From positions 2,480,001 to 2,544,000 of the forward strand of contig JAYWIR010000017.1 in assembly GCA_036172245.1 (NCBI GenBank): a stretch of DNA of 64,000 bases, read 5' to 3'. This document shows, piece after piece, positions 52,430-64,000 of this stretch. Below the pieces are notes generated by a model. That model ran no database searches. It was not told the DNA's origin and worked only from the letters and a program-made list of their open reading frames with translations. A program made the position numbers and the translations under genes. Source of the DNA: Raillietiella orientalis (lineage: Eukaryota). Position 1 is the first letter of the stretch, and every line of letters begins with the position of its first letter.

Positions 52430-52790
52430 CGTCCAGAGCCTTTCCTCCGCAAAGCAAAAGAACGAATCATATGGTCGTATCCCACCTGCACATTCAAAAA
52501 AGTCCAAGATGCAGAGCTCTGTCGATCCATGCTCAGGGATCACAAAAGGTCACTGAACAGCCACTACACAAATGCTCGGTGAAATTTCGAGGAACTGAAG
52601 AAAAACTTTGGGAAAAGTGGTGTCGGCTTCGCAAGAAAGGAACTCCGTTTTATTCAGGACAACGCCCACCCGCCCACTGCTTTCCAAGCTTCCGCCCCCT
52701 TCCTGCTAAGTTTCAGCTGACTGTTGTTCCACATTCACCGTACAGCCCTGTCATTGCACAGATTCTAATGTATCATTGGATTGCGACCAT
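52430..52790 (+). mobile_element. Mariner (Tc1/mariner) transposase relic
   Basis: PAHSKKSKMQSS, LNSHY, IQDNAHP (cf. QDNARPH, ~52652-52672) and VVPHSPYSPVIA (cf. HPPYSPDLAP, ~52723-52758); frameshifted and internally deleted. Confidence 0.7.
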
Positions 52791-53829
52791 GGATGCAATT
52801 AATATTTGCAGTTCAAATGCGAGGGGGGAAAAATGATCATGTAAGATGGGGGGTGGTGGTCTCCAAACAATTTTAAGTGTATAAGAGACCGGTCCGTAAA
52901 GGTATTTCTTTCCGCATGTTTTTTTTTTTTTTTTTTCGGTTTTCTGCAGGGAAACTCACGGGACAAGTAAAGTGAACTGTTATTTTCTCTTGTTCAAGAT
53001 GCAGACATGTGTGGATACTTCCGAACAGATTTGATCTCGAAAGGTTCGATTTATCCCAATAGGGTTTCTCGGGAGTTTCATTTCAAAGTTTTGCATTCGT
53101 TTTACTTCCTGTCATCGCACAAAAATCTTTCTTCGTCCGAGAAAAATTTTTCCATCCCTCTGCGTGGAGAGAAGGAAGTCGAGGTTGCCACATTTAGGAA
53201 ACTGCGAGATGCGTTCCATGCATGCAAAACAATTCGCCAGCGTCCAAAAATGATTTTCTTACTATCCAAGAGTAATGCAGGGAATTCAGCTGTAAGCGGG
53301 GAGTGCCTGATTTTGCCTACTTTGAGACTCATGTTCACTAAATCTTCGTTTCTAAAGATTTACAGAATTCTTCTCGGGACATGTGATCCTACCTAGATGA
53401 CCTTGATGCTTATACCTAAGGAAGGCATACAACTGGTTCGTTCTTCACGATCTCGCATCTAACTGTCTCTCCTAATAGCTAAAAGTAATGAAACATGGCA
53501 AAATGTAAACAAAAGAGATTAACTATACAATGCGAGTACTACTGTCAAGGAAACCAAACGGAGGAACCCTTTTTTGTTTTTTTGTTTTGTTTTTTCTGCA
53601 GCGTTGCATATTCAAAAACTGATCTAGAAATCCATTCAGAACTAATCTCGTGCCTGCAGGATATGCGGGATCAAAAGTGAGGCCCATTAAGATGATTCGA
53701 GTGCCTTCCAGTTTCGAAAAAACATGAATCCTTTCATGAGCGATATTCCCTACTATCCATCATCAATTCCAAAGAAAGCATCGATGATCCATATTTTGGA
53801 AAGGGACTTCAAGCTCCAATAGATGTTTG

Positions 53830-54490
53830 TATCCTCGACAGGACTGCTTTTTCGAATTTTTTCGCATTTTTACGTATTATCATGGATTGGTGTTTTGGCG
53901 TGCAAAGTGGCTGTAGTAAAGAGCAAGTGTGCACTCTGGCGACACTACGAATAATTAAATTTCCGGACGCTCGGCAGATGATGCCAGCTTTTGAAGCAAT
54001 GATTTAACTCTCGAATGCGCGTTTGAACCGAAAGAAACAGTGAGATCATTTACCAGGAGTACATTCGCCCATTTCCCAGCAGAATGGGAACAGAGCACCT
54101 AGGAACCACCTCGTTTTTGTTAACTCTGTTGCGTCCTTCTTGTCCCTACATCCAACGCACACACAGCTCGCTATGGAAAAAAGAGTGATGTCCCACCTCT
54201 GTTTTCTGCTGAAAATCCCGCCAGTGTGGATGCTTGGAAGTATCCGTATACGTCCGTCTCGGGCAGTAATCAGCACATTGGCGAGTGATCTTCCTCGGGA
54301 ACAAATTTCCTCCTAAGCTGACTTGGGATTCCGTATTCTGGAAGAGCTCACAGAACCGACTCCGAGCATGGAATTGGTCCAACTACCCTACTTGTGCCTG
54401 CAGTCTCGGTGGATTTCGGAAAAGCCTCGTTTTGACTCATCTGCGGAGTGCATCTTATCACCCTCAATTCGTCATGGCCGGAGGTCATTA
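53830..54490 (+). mobile_element. Degenerate non-LTR (I/Jockey-like) RT relic
   Basis: SADDA at 53971-53985, then IFLGNKFPPKLTWDS..NRL and KSLVLTHL (cf. KFLGxxFDxKLTWxxH; YKxLIxxxL). Confidence 0.55.
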
Positions 54491-55339
54491 GGTCTTAACT
54501 TTACAGAAGACCTCACTTCAAGCACGAGTCGATATCAATCATTTGTAGTGCGGAGAAGAGAGAAGCCATCAGGACCCCATCCTGGGAATAAGATGGAACC
54601 AGGTAAACAAAAGAAAATCTTATCTCAGATGGCGATCGAGGTGCTAATACATAATCAATGTACGAAAAGCTGAGCGGAAGCGAATCTGCTCCAAACTGCT
54701 GTTAAGAACTGAAGATCGTGACATACTAAATCATAAAATTCTTCTCATTCCATAGAGATGCATCTGGAAGGACAGGCAGCTTGATAGCTCAACTCCTCCT
54801 TCCAGATAAAACTTATAGACGGTAGGGCTGCTCCCATTAATTTACGAGCAACGCAAGGATTAGAAGGGAAGAACTACATTTCGTAGAACTAGATTTCATC
54901 GATCTAGCTTATGGAATTGCATTCGGGCCCACACCCCTGTCACATGAGCCATCTACTGGAGACCAAAGCAATCTCAGCAGCCGAGGTTAAAGTGTCCTCA
55001 CTTACGAATGACCCTGGACCACAGGCAATCCAATCCGGTAGTAAATGGCATCAGACTCACTGTCGAAGCTTCCTGCAGTCATCTGCTCTCTGGACTGCTC
55101 TTAATTTATTGGTTTTCATTTCGTTTCATTCGGCTGCAGATTCTGCGGGCTTCGCCTGTTCCCATTCAACAGTCGCTTATCGGAGATGGACGGTTCGTTC
55201 CAGTCGCTTAAATATTGCCTCAACATCACAGCGTGCAATTGCCATGGACTAGTTCTAAATTCCTATAGACGTCGTCTGGAGCAAAACATCGTCCCCTGAA
55301 AGCAATACTGGGACAATGAAGCAGCCCTTGGTACTTTTA

Positions 55340-55600
55340 CCCTCTGCACCTTGTTCCCAGGAACCTGCTGGCGATGAATGGAATTTTTTCTTCACGAAGC
55401 CGTGGGGTCATCATCTTGAAGAAAAGCCAAGTTTGTTTCTCAAGAGCTTACGTGCTGTCCCGGCTCCGGAAAGCCACCGTTCGGGAGCCGCGCGCACGCG
55501 CGCCATCTTACGAAATCGTGGTGTGGCCAAGCATTCATTCTGAGGGATTCCGCTTTCACAGATCCGTGCTGCTCGGCCGTTTCTCATTTCACCACGGTCA
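55340..55600 (+). mobile_element. AP-endonuclease relic of an L1/Tx1-like element
   Basis: CSQEP (cf. LQET), SSRSRGVIILKK (cf. SxSRGVAIL) and SVLLGRF (cf. IIGGDF). Confidence 0.45.
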
Positions 55601-56659
55601 GAGCTGCCGTGGAGCAACATTTTTAAACGAAGGCAACTCTCGACCATCCATCGCGTCTGCTCCCGAAGACTGAAAACAGGCCGTTCCGATGAAACCACTG
55701 ACCGAGTAAGGCGCGGTGGATAAACATGCGTTTCCCGAACCATTTTCCGTTTCCTCCTCATCTTGTCTTGCACACTATCCTTTCGTTTCCCCTTTCCTCG
55801 TCCGGGATCCTCCTCCCTGTTCCGAATCCAGCGCACTTCGGCACAAGCTGCAGTTACTCACGTCCGAATTTCGAACGATCCCTCTGAGAAAGGATGGGGT
55901 CATTTCATTTGCTCTGGGAGATGTATCTTTCATAGGCAACGCTCTTTGAATTCTTCTTCTCATCCGTTCAGACACTTGCGGATAGGTCGCAGAACAGTAG
56001 AGGGTGCTGGAAATCTCGCACGCCTGAAAGCAAAACTGAAGACGGAAAAGGTCAGGCAGTGGAATCATTCGAGCATCTCGCTATTAAGATGGCCTCTCTA
56101 AAGCTGCAGACATCTTCATCACTGTCGTGCAACTGGGCCGGCTAACTATAGGGTCTAATAAGAAGACACCTACTATGAAATAGCAACCGACACATTAAAT
56201 ATTTTCAGCTCAGCGTTGATCTCATGGACCGCATCAAAGCATGCAGCTCTCCAAGCAGATCCGATGGCATCTTCGCACTCCATCAGAAAGGAACAAGATC
56301 CAGGAACGAGAGTGACCCTCCAAGAGGCTTCAACGCTACCAGATTCCATATCAAACCCGAAGGAGAAGAGGAGTTCATGAAGTTCCCATTGCACGCAGTT
56401 TCTCCGTCATCACGGTGGAGGATACACTTTTTAGATAATGCTGTAATTCAAAGATCAATGACTCCTGTTCTAGCTGCAGGGTTGCTCAGCAGCAACCGCC
56501 CGGTGCTAAATGAGAACTGGTTTGATCAACTTTTGATTGTTTCTCGAATGTTTTGCAGCTTGACAAGTTATTTTTTTTTTTTAATTTTTAATTTTTTTTC
56601 TTTATTCCACTTCTCTGTCAAACAAAGGAGAAAGTGCTTTGAAAGAGCCCGCTTTGGAG

Positions 56660-57000
56660 CGGCTCAAGCAGAGCTCCGCGGAAGGATCCAACCTTTCTTG
56701 ATTAACTCGAAAAGATTGTCAGGAGGAGGAGGAATCCCTTTGCGGCTCCCGAACTGGTCGTCGGTCGGCCCACAGGTGGAGCGGCACTCCGGTGGCATAA
56801 AACGGCTTCTCGCGTTCCAGTTGGTTGGTCGCGGTGTAGGTCTCGTGGCTGATACGTGAGAATGACTGAACGGAGAGGGCGGCTCGAGCTTTACTCTGAG
56901 ACGGCGAGTTGTCCGCTGTCTCCTCGGATGGCGAGGCCACCATTTCGGAGCCGATTCCCGATGTTTCTTCCCATGTCTTCTTCTTCGGCTCGTTCGACAG
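56660..57000 (-). mobile_element. Possible RT N-terminal relic
   Basis: TDDQFGSRKG (cf. QxGFRxG); little other support. Confidence 0.25.
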
Positions 57001-57779
57001 CCGGGCACGGATTCACCTTGCCGAAGATCAAAGTCCCCCTGCTGAGGTCTGTGGACCACGGATTCTTGACTCCTCGATCATGAGTTTCGATCCCGGTTCC
57101 CGCAAGCAAAAAGTGACTCGGTGAATCGAGTCAGAGGCTATCGAAGGCTTTCCTGTGTTCCGAGCCGATCACCTGTTCCCACTGTGAGCTTGAGAAGAGA
57201 CCTTTCCGCTCTTTGCCCGAGATCGGGACCGTCTTTCACGGGACTCCACTGTCCCTTTCTTTAGGAAATGCCCTGGAGTGGCCTGCGAGTACCCGAATAA
57301 AGTGGCATGGTGGTAAAGAAATCCACATTCATCCTACTCCGCTACTGAACACCGCATTCTTCTCTTGCTCCTGGTTTCGCTCCCTCAACGCCAGCGCTTT
57401 GCTTTTCCTACTTTCCAGGCCTGCATGATTTATCTCTGACTGCGTTTCTAGGTTTCCATGGATCTGGATCCGCACCCGATGAGGCTTCCCTCACGACTCC
57501 CAGAGGGCTGCGTAATTGAAAACAGTGAATACTCCTATCCAGAGCGCTGAGCTAATTAAATAACTATTTGCCACAGCCGGAAGTTTGAAACGGTTTCCAG
57601 AAAACATCATGGCCTCGTGGCCAGCCAGCTACGATCCTCCTTCTTCGTGAGGCAGAGTCCTGAGTCCCAGCGGCGAAAGCGGGCCGAGTCTGTACCCGGC
57701 TCGGCCCAGAGGCGCTCGCAAGGACAAGGACTCGGGACGAACGGGAAACAGGGATCACCAAATACAACCCGGAAACTGC

Positions 57780-58400
57780 CGCAGAAAAAGCCGTGGCTTT
57801 CCTTCTTGTTTCTCGAATGTTCTTTGTGCCACCTATTCCCATGTGTCAAGGGATATTCAGAGCCTGCGGATGCATTCCAAGGGCATTGGTTTCGACGGGG
57901 AGCATTCCGAAAACACTCCAGCCCTCAGAGAGCCGATGTGGTGACCTCCATCCCCACTGGATCATCAACTATGTTAGGAAGGGAAGCAGGATAGGCAGAA
58001 TTTGCTCAAGACGGCATCAAGCTTTCAAGAAACGCAGCCCGCACGTGGAGTCTCGCGAAGCTCTTCCGGCAGGTCACTTCTGGTGCCTATCGTGATGGTG
58101 ATGCATCCCTTGAGAGCACCTCGAGGTGTTTGCTTTGCTGACTTCCAGAGCTGGGGCGATCGCTACTCCGCTGGAATGCAGCAGGTGCCGGCTGGCTGCA
58201 GAAGATGCAGCTGCATGAGCGCGTCCTCTTGTTGCCAGGGAACCTGTGAATCGAAGGCGAGCGTGGTCTTCCAGGTCTGGCAGCGAGTGCCTTCTCTCCG
58301 TCACCCGGCGTTTTTAGCAATGGTCGAGGTGGAGGAAGAAGAACTTGGTCTCAAAAACCAAACACATTGTTTTGGGTGGGCCAAAAACAGGGCACGAACG
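57780..58400 (+). mobile_element. Degenerate non-LTR RT core relic
   Basis: RGVSRSSSGRSLLVPIVM...GVCFADF (cf. GVxQGSxLSPxLF...FADD). Confidence 0.4.
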
Positions 58401-58599
58401 GCTGTCACGTGACAGAACGAAGTCTTTGAGTTCATGGCGCGTGGCTGTTCACAGAAGACGCTGAGTTGGTTCGACGGATGTAAGAATTCACCACGAAGGG
58501 TGCAAATGAAAGAGGATGTTCCTTCTTCTTCTAGTGCGAGATTCCCTAACAACTGATTTGTTCAGATTCCCATGTTCTTCTGATCATACTTTCATGTTC

Positions 58600-58990
58600 T
58601 GCTTACATACCCTTGCGCTTTGGAATCGGGTTGAAGAATTTATCGTCTCCCAATGAATTTTATGTATTCTACATTTAAATAGAAACAAAGTGTTCGGTCT
58701 CCACTCCTAAGTTTGCATTATCCCGCTCGTTTTTTTTCCAGTGAGAGTATCGTTTCTCGTATTCTGATGCGCACAGAGATGGAGCTTTCTCCAAGACCAT
58801 AACACCTGACATTCTGCTCTCTCCAGAATTCAATTTCAGATGGTCCATATGCATTCTTCTCAAACCTCGAGAGATTAGCAGACAGCGTCAAGGGCGGAAA
58901 TTTAAGAGGCGAAACTTTGAACTCAGCACAGGAAACGGAGTCGCTACATGCAAGCGCGGTAGGAAATGTGTTCGTGATGCCATCTATCAT
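58600..58990 (-). mobile_element. Possible non-LTR linker/RT N-terminal relic
   Basis: NAYGPSEI (cf. KAxGPDxI), SHWKK and QGYVSR; weak. Confidence 0.25.
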
Positions 58991-59038
58991 GCAATTCGTG
59001 AAACCGAATTAACTGAGGATGTGAAAGTGAGGATTCAG

Positions 59039-59097
59039 TGTCACACCTATCCTCTGTCTTCCCCGGCGTGACCGGGTGGCACCTATCCTCTGTCTTC
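59039..59097. repeat. 18-bp direct repeat flanking a CCGG-N5-CCGGGTGG spacer
   Basis: CACCTATCCTCTGTCTTC at 59044-59061 and 59080-59097; spacer CCCGGCGTGACCGGGTGG; TGTCACA at 59039-59045. Confidence 0.95.
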
Positions 59098-60641
59098 ATT
59101 TGCATAATTTTTTTTGGAGAAAGAAAGCAAAAAACAAAAACCTTACAATGACGTCGTTGTCACTATGAGCAGATGCTATAAGATTTGCTTATAAACGCAG
59201 GTTGTTCTGAAACCACTCCAAATACAAGAAAAAAAAACAATTAGACAATCTGTTACCCTAGAAGAAATCACAACTGACTTCTCACTTACTAATCCAGTGA
59301 TTATTCACGTTGAGAACAAATTAAGAATCGTTGTCAAGAAACATTGACTAGAAACCCTGTAGACAAGGAAGCTGCAATTTATGTAATAAGTGTGTTTACA
59401 TTATGCAGAGCGGTTCCTTATTTAGCTTACCGCCGTGATGAACTAATTTGTGTTATGAATGGATGTCACGCCTGATGTGACAGATGACAGTAGAGAAGCG
59501 CACTTTTGATCATATAAGAGTGGAATATCAAAAATATGGGGTTACTTTCATCTTTGGTTCGATCAGCTGGAAAGGCTGAAATCACTCTGTCTGCATTCCT
59601 GCGCATTTGGTTCAGTACGGAACGAAATGCGTACTTCAGCCCTAAGCTGCCCAACTAGCACGGTTTTAAAAACAGTGTACGTACGAGATCACATGGAGTT
59701 TAAAAAAACCGTCCTGGTATGTACAAATCCGAATAAAGTTCCTCCAGAAAAGAAAGCAAACAGCAAAATTGAAAATACTCCAAGCACTTGCTGTCGAGGA
59801 TACGACGAGAGCGGAAAACTTTTGCGAGCGATGATGATGATGCTGGTACTTGCCAGCATTCGCATCGAATAAATTCACTTGATCAACATTCACAGCATCT
59901 CCTCAAGCTCGTGTATCTAAGAGCATTTCAATACGTGCAAACTTGGAAAATTGCGATGGATCTCTGGTTCAGGAATGCGTGCAGTGTTTTCGAGCCTCTT
60001 TTTTTTTCCCCAAAACAGGCATCTCTCTGTGTTGGGTAACACCATCCTCTTTGCAAACACGCTGCGTCCTCGTCGTACGGATTCGAATCTTTGCGATCAA
60101 ACAGCGTTACTTCGGTCTTCATGTGGACGAAGAATGCACTGTGAGAAATCCCTTTTACGTGCCAGGGTCTCTGGGATGGTGTTTTCGGGATTCGCCTCGA
60201 AAAGCTACAGATCCGTAAAAGTTGAATCCCTGCGCTTGTGTTTTTCGTGATGTGAGGATACTTAAGATTGCTTTGATTCGGAGATTAAAGCAAGGAACCA
60301 GACGGAGTGATCGTTGCATCCTTTTGGATCCAAGAGTTCAAGTCGATGGGCATTCAGCAACGTGTGGCCGTTCATTGTGGAGTGCTCCGGTAAATCTTCA
60401 GAGTGGCCTGGGATCTCCAATCCCTGCTAGGGTTCCCTGGGGACCGCAGATTCCCGACTGGGAGCTGAGTGTGTTCGCTTGCTCTCTGTGCTTGAAACGA
60501 ACACGGGAACCTGCTCGCATTCGCCCCATCATCCAATTCTTTCGTCAGCTTCCCTTTCTCGAGGGTCTTGCTGCAGGGTCCAGAGGACGCCGCACTTCGG
60601 ATGACAAGGAAGGTGCAGCTCAATCAGCGCAGCGCTTGGAG

Positions 60642-60943
60642 CAGAGCTTCTCCCAAACTGCGTTCCGCGGAACACTGGTGTTCCGAGGAAAACCGATAAG
60701 TGTTCCGCCAAAAAATTATGGAAATTAATATATTTTAAGTGTTTTTAATTTTATTTTCGTGTTTTCACGCGTTCTGTTTTGCGTAATTAAAACCTGAGAA
60801 TGAATGTTTGTTTTGTTCACATCACTTACAATTTATTTATTATTCGCATCTGCCAACCCGACAAAATGACCAAGGTGTGGCGTTAAAATTTCAGGATTCG
60901 AAGTGAAGTGTCCCGTGTCACGGGAAAAGTTTGGAAGACGCTC
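60642..60943 (+). mobile_element. hAT/Charlie-like MITE
   Basis: Left end CAGAGCTTCTCCCAAACTG followed by repeated GTTCCG motifs and the CGGAACAC-TG-GTGTTCCG hairpin; AT-rich middle; right end AAAAGTTTGGAAGACGCT complements the left end. No clean 8-bp TSD seen. Confidence 0.55.
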
Positions 60944-61353
60944 CGAACTGATGACGATTCCGTGCATTTGGAGAGATCGGCAACTGCACAAACGATGGAT
61001 GCGTGCACTTTGCTTTTCATCCCCAATGAAGTTTCATCCCCTTCTTCTCCCAGTCAGTTTCCCTTGTGTGTGTGAGATCGTGCGAGATCTATTCTCTTGG
61101 ATGACAATCCCCAGGACCAGACTCGAATTTTTCTTCCTTCGATTCGATCGTTTCCCATCCTACACAAGCAGTGTTCGTTTCATGCAGGCGCGTAGTAGTG
61201 TTTGCCTGAGGGCACGTGGTAGTGTTTGCCCGCGTCGACTACCAGCCAGCGAGCGCCAGACAGGCGGTTTCGTTCTCATTTGTAGGCTGCTCGAAGCGCA
61301 TCATCTCAGTAGCAACTTCTGTGAAATTTCGGAAAATTGAAGATTTTGCAAAC

Positions 61354-61357
<4 letters not shown>

Positions 61358-61386
<29 letters not shown>
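61358..61386. repeat. (TA)14 microsatellite
   Basis: Uninterrupted TA run. Confidence 0.97.
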
Positions 61387-61388
<2 letters not shown>

Positions 61389-61499
61389 TCGTCTTCATAA
61401 AAAAAAAGTTCCTACGAACTTTCTTTTGCTTCTTTTTCTTCCTTCCCCGGAGCGACTGGATTGGTTATGTTGCGCAGAATGAATTTTCTTTCCAGGAAT

Positions 61500-62100
61500 C
61501 ACCCCTTTCCCTGGAGCACACGGAATTCCTTCGGCTTCGCCGTTTCAACAGGAACTCTTCCGTCGTGTCGGCGGTGGACCTTCGTCCTGGCATCCCAAAC
61601 CTTGTTTGCGTTCGTGGGATAAACGAATCTGAACGCCTCGCCGCCCGAATCGACGGGCATTTCGAGCAGACCATTTCGTGTCCTTGCCGCCGCAATAAGC
61701 GAAGAACATTCCATCTCCTCCAGCGTGTTGCGATGCAGCAAGGAAGAGCTGCTCCATATCCCCCCTTCCCTCCTCGCTGCTAGATTGCCTCCACCGGCTG
61801 GAAGCTGAGCCCAGCTAGAATGCGGCTGTACCGTTGGCGTTTCTGATGCTGATGATCTCGCCAGAGTGGACCTATGAGGAAGTCTTCTTCCGTCCTCCGG
61901 CTGCGGTTTCATTTCCTGCAGCTGCAGAGACGTGGCGGCGCTCTTGCTGGAATCGGTCTTCCGTTTTTTCTTTAACGTTTCCCTGGAGGCTGCCACGGCT
62001 GAAATGCCGGGAATGCATGCAAGCAACGTTCTTTCCCTTGTTCAGGCAGATGGAGCAGGTTTCAAGGAGAGCAGCACGCTCCATCCGGGCATGTTTCCAG
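61500..62100 (+). mobile_element. Degenerate non-LTR RT core relic
   Basis: SAVDLRPGIPNL (cf. DLxxAFD), AMQQGRAAPYPPF (cf. GxxQGxxxSPxLF) and DADDLA at 61845-61862 (cf. YADDL). Confidence 0.6.
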
Positions 62101-63329
62101 GACGGATTTTCCAGAGAAGGGGGGGTCAAAGTAAGAGAAAATGGCCTCCTTTTTGTTTTGTTTTGTTTTTTTACAAATTGAGAGGTGAACATGAGGAGGT
62201 CTACACAGGGATGGTCTCAGTAAGGAAATGCAGCGACTCAACAAAAACAGAGTTGCTAACTTGGCATCATTATCATGAAAAGTGAAAATGGTAAGTGGCC
62301 CAATATCATAAAAAGAGAAAGAATAAGAAAATTAAATTGCAGTGAATTTAAAAAAAAAAAAAAAATCTAAGGATTGTACTCGAGGCTCAAGAAACTGCGC
62401 AGACTCGTTCCTTTGTATTTCACGTGTAGGATTCTCGTATCATGGAAACCGAACGTCGCGGTGTGGGAATTCTCGTGTACCGTAAGATATTCTGGAGAGG
62501 GTCCGAACACGCTTGTTGCCATGTCACGATGATTTCACCAAGGAACCTCCGAAGCTACCAAGCTGAGATCCGGGCTTGCCGAACGCCATTCGTTTCTTCC
62601 ACAACTCGAATGCGTGCTGCGGACGCGGATCTCCGATGCAACATCCTAATAATAAATTGATTGTGCCACGAATCGGGAGATGAAAGAGATTTTTCCAAGG
62701 TTCCAACTCGGATCCATTTCCTTCCTCCCTTCCTTTCTTTCCGTTTTCCTCCAGGAGGCTTGTTTGCTCTCTTGCTGCGTCTTGCGTCAACAAAGATTCT
62801 CTCTATCCATCTTCCAGATTTTTCGATAGATAAAGGAAGTGATCAAGAAGGTCACTCGAATCAGCGCCACATTTCACGAGTTCTCGGAACTTCGCTGCTT
62901 GCCGCGGTCGCGATAACATCGAGCTGTCCTGGGGGTACCGAGGAAAAAAAAAAACGATCTCGTCAGGTCACGCGGGATCTCGAATGGCCCTGCATCTGGG
63001 AAAGTTCGTTTCCCGGGGAACTGCTGCTCTCAGATCCCCACTACGACCCGGGCTCAGAGCACGCAATTCTGCAAGACACACGCAAATGAGGTCCCCGTTC
63101 CCGAAGCTTCGGAGACGCATCGGTTCCTGTTGAGTCGCGTGGCGGAGCTGGCGGCGGAAATCCCAGGGCACTCCCTCTTTGGAAAAAATCTCAAATACAG
63201 ATTCCTGAAGACAATGGCGATCACGAGTTCACATCCTGTCAAACGATTAGGATGACAAATGATTTCACAATGATTTCACGTTAACTACCAGCGCGTCGGA
63301 CATCCTCTTGCGATAAAGAAATCCTCGCA

Positions 63330-63770
63330 GGCTCGCGGTGTTTACCAGCGAGCCTGAGAGCCGGGGCACCGGGGCTGCCGAGGAACGGCAGACTTCGGGT
63401 TCGAGTTGTTTCACTCCGTCTTCACCTTGGCACGCTCACGAACCGATCGGCGAGAGCCGGTCCAAGGACTCGGCGAAGAACCAAATCAGTCCAAGCCTCC
63501 AGGATGCATTTCGTAACTCTGCCGCGCTGCGACCACTTGACCACTTGCTTGTTACCGTTTCTCCGGGGCCGCAAAAAACGAGGGGCGCTTGTGGGTCCCT
63601 CGGGAGTATCCCCCAAAATCTTCTGGATGCAGCGCGCGTCTTCGGAGGCAAGCGGATCGTGTAGATGGGAGTGCGCGCGGTGGATCCGCTCCATGGCAAC
63701 GACGCCCGGGAGTCAGATCTCGGAATGCCACGAGGAAGTGAACACTCCTTGGGAGTGGCTTGCATTCAGG
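63330..63770 (-). mobile_element. Degenerate Ty3/Gypsy RT-RNaseH relic
   Basis: LPPKTRAASRRFWGIL..APL..SKWS (cf. PxPxTxxxLRxFLG..PL..W), then QGEDGV. Confidence 0.4.
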
Positions 63771-64000
63771 ACGATGCGCCGCGCATCAGAAAACGTCAGA
63801 AAAAGAAATGACTGCTGATCGGTCACGAGACCAGGGGTACGGTAGCGCCTCCGTGTGAGCGTGGAACACGTTCCACCGCCCTACACGCACCCTACTGGCC
63901 ATTCATAGGTGACTTCATAGCATTTCTAGAAAATATACGTTGCACCTCAAACGTCGTATCAGTAGAATATTTGAATATGAGGTTTCCCCCTAACTAAAGT

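Noticed and set aside
57040..57105. tRNA or tRNA-derived SINE head (GTTTCGATCCC B-box-like)
   Set aside because: No cloverleaf, no clear A box and no second copy in the window.

Overview
Eukaryotic, most likely invertebrate-animal, non-coding DNA (inferred from the transposon families, microsatellites and homopolymer runs; the organism cannot be identified). I found no intact protein-coding gene, RNA gene or CRISPR array. The window is almost wall-to-wall heavily decayed retrotransposon debris, recognisable only as short frameshifted motif remnants: non-LTR elements (CR1-like, L1/Tx1-like, one with possible RNase H) and Ty3/Gypsy pol/gag pieces. It also holds one mariner transposase relic, two copies of a TTAA-flanked piggyBac-like MITE and one hAT/Charlie-like MITE. 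Relic boundaries are approximate and clade calls are by eye. The best-preserved unexplained structures are small: (i) two unrelated loci sharing the layout GTCACA-[X]-CCGG-N5-CCGGGTGRCA-[X], where X is a locally duplicated 16-18 bp sequence; (ii) an excess of perfect 13-20 bp-arm hairpins in otherwise eroded DNA; (iii) a well-conserved ~230 bp inverted repeat bracketing ~1.9 kb. I see no convincing novel protein-coding system.
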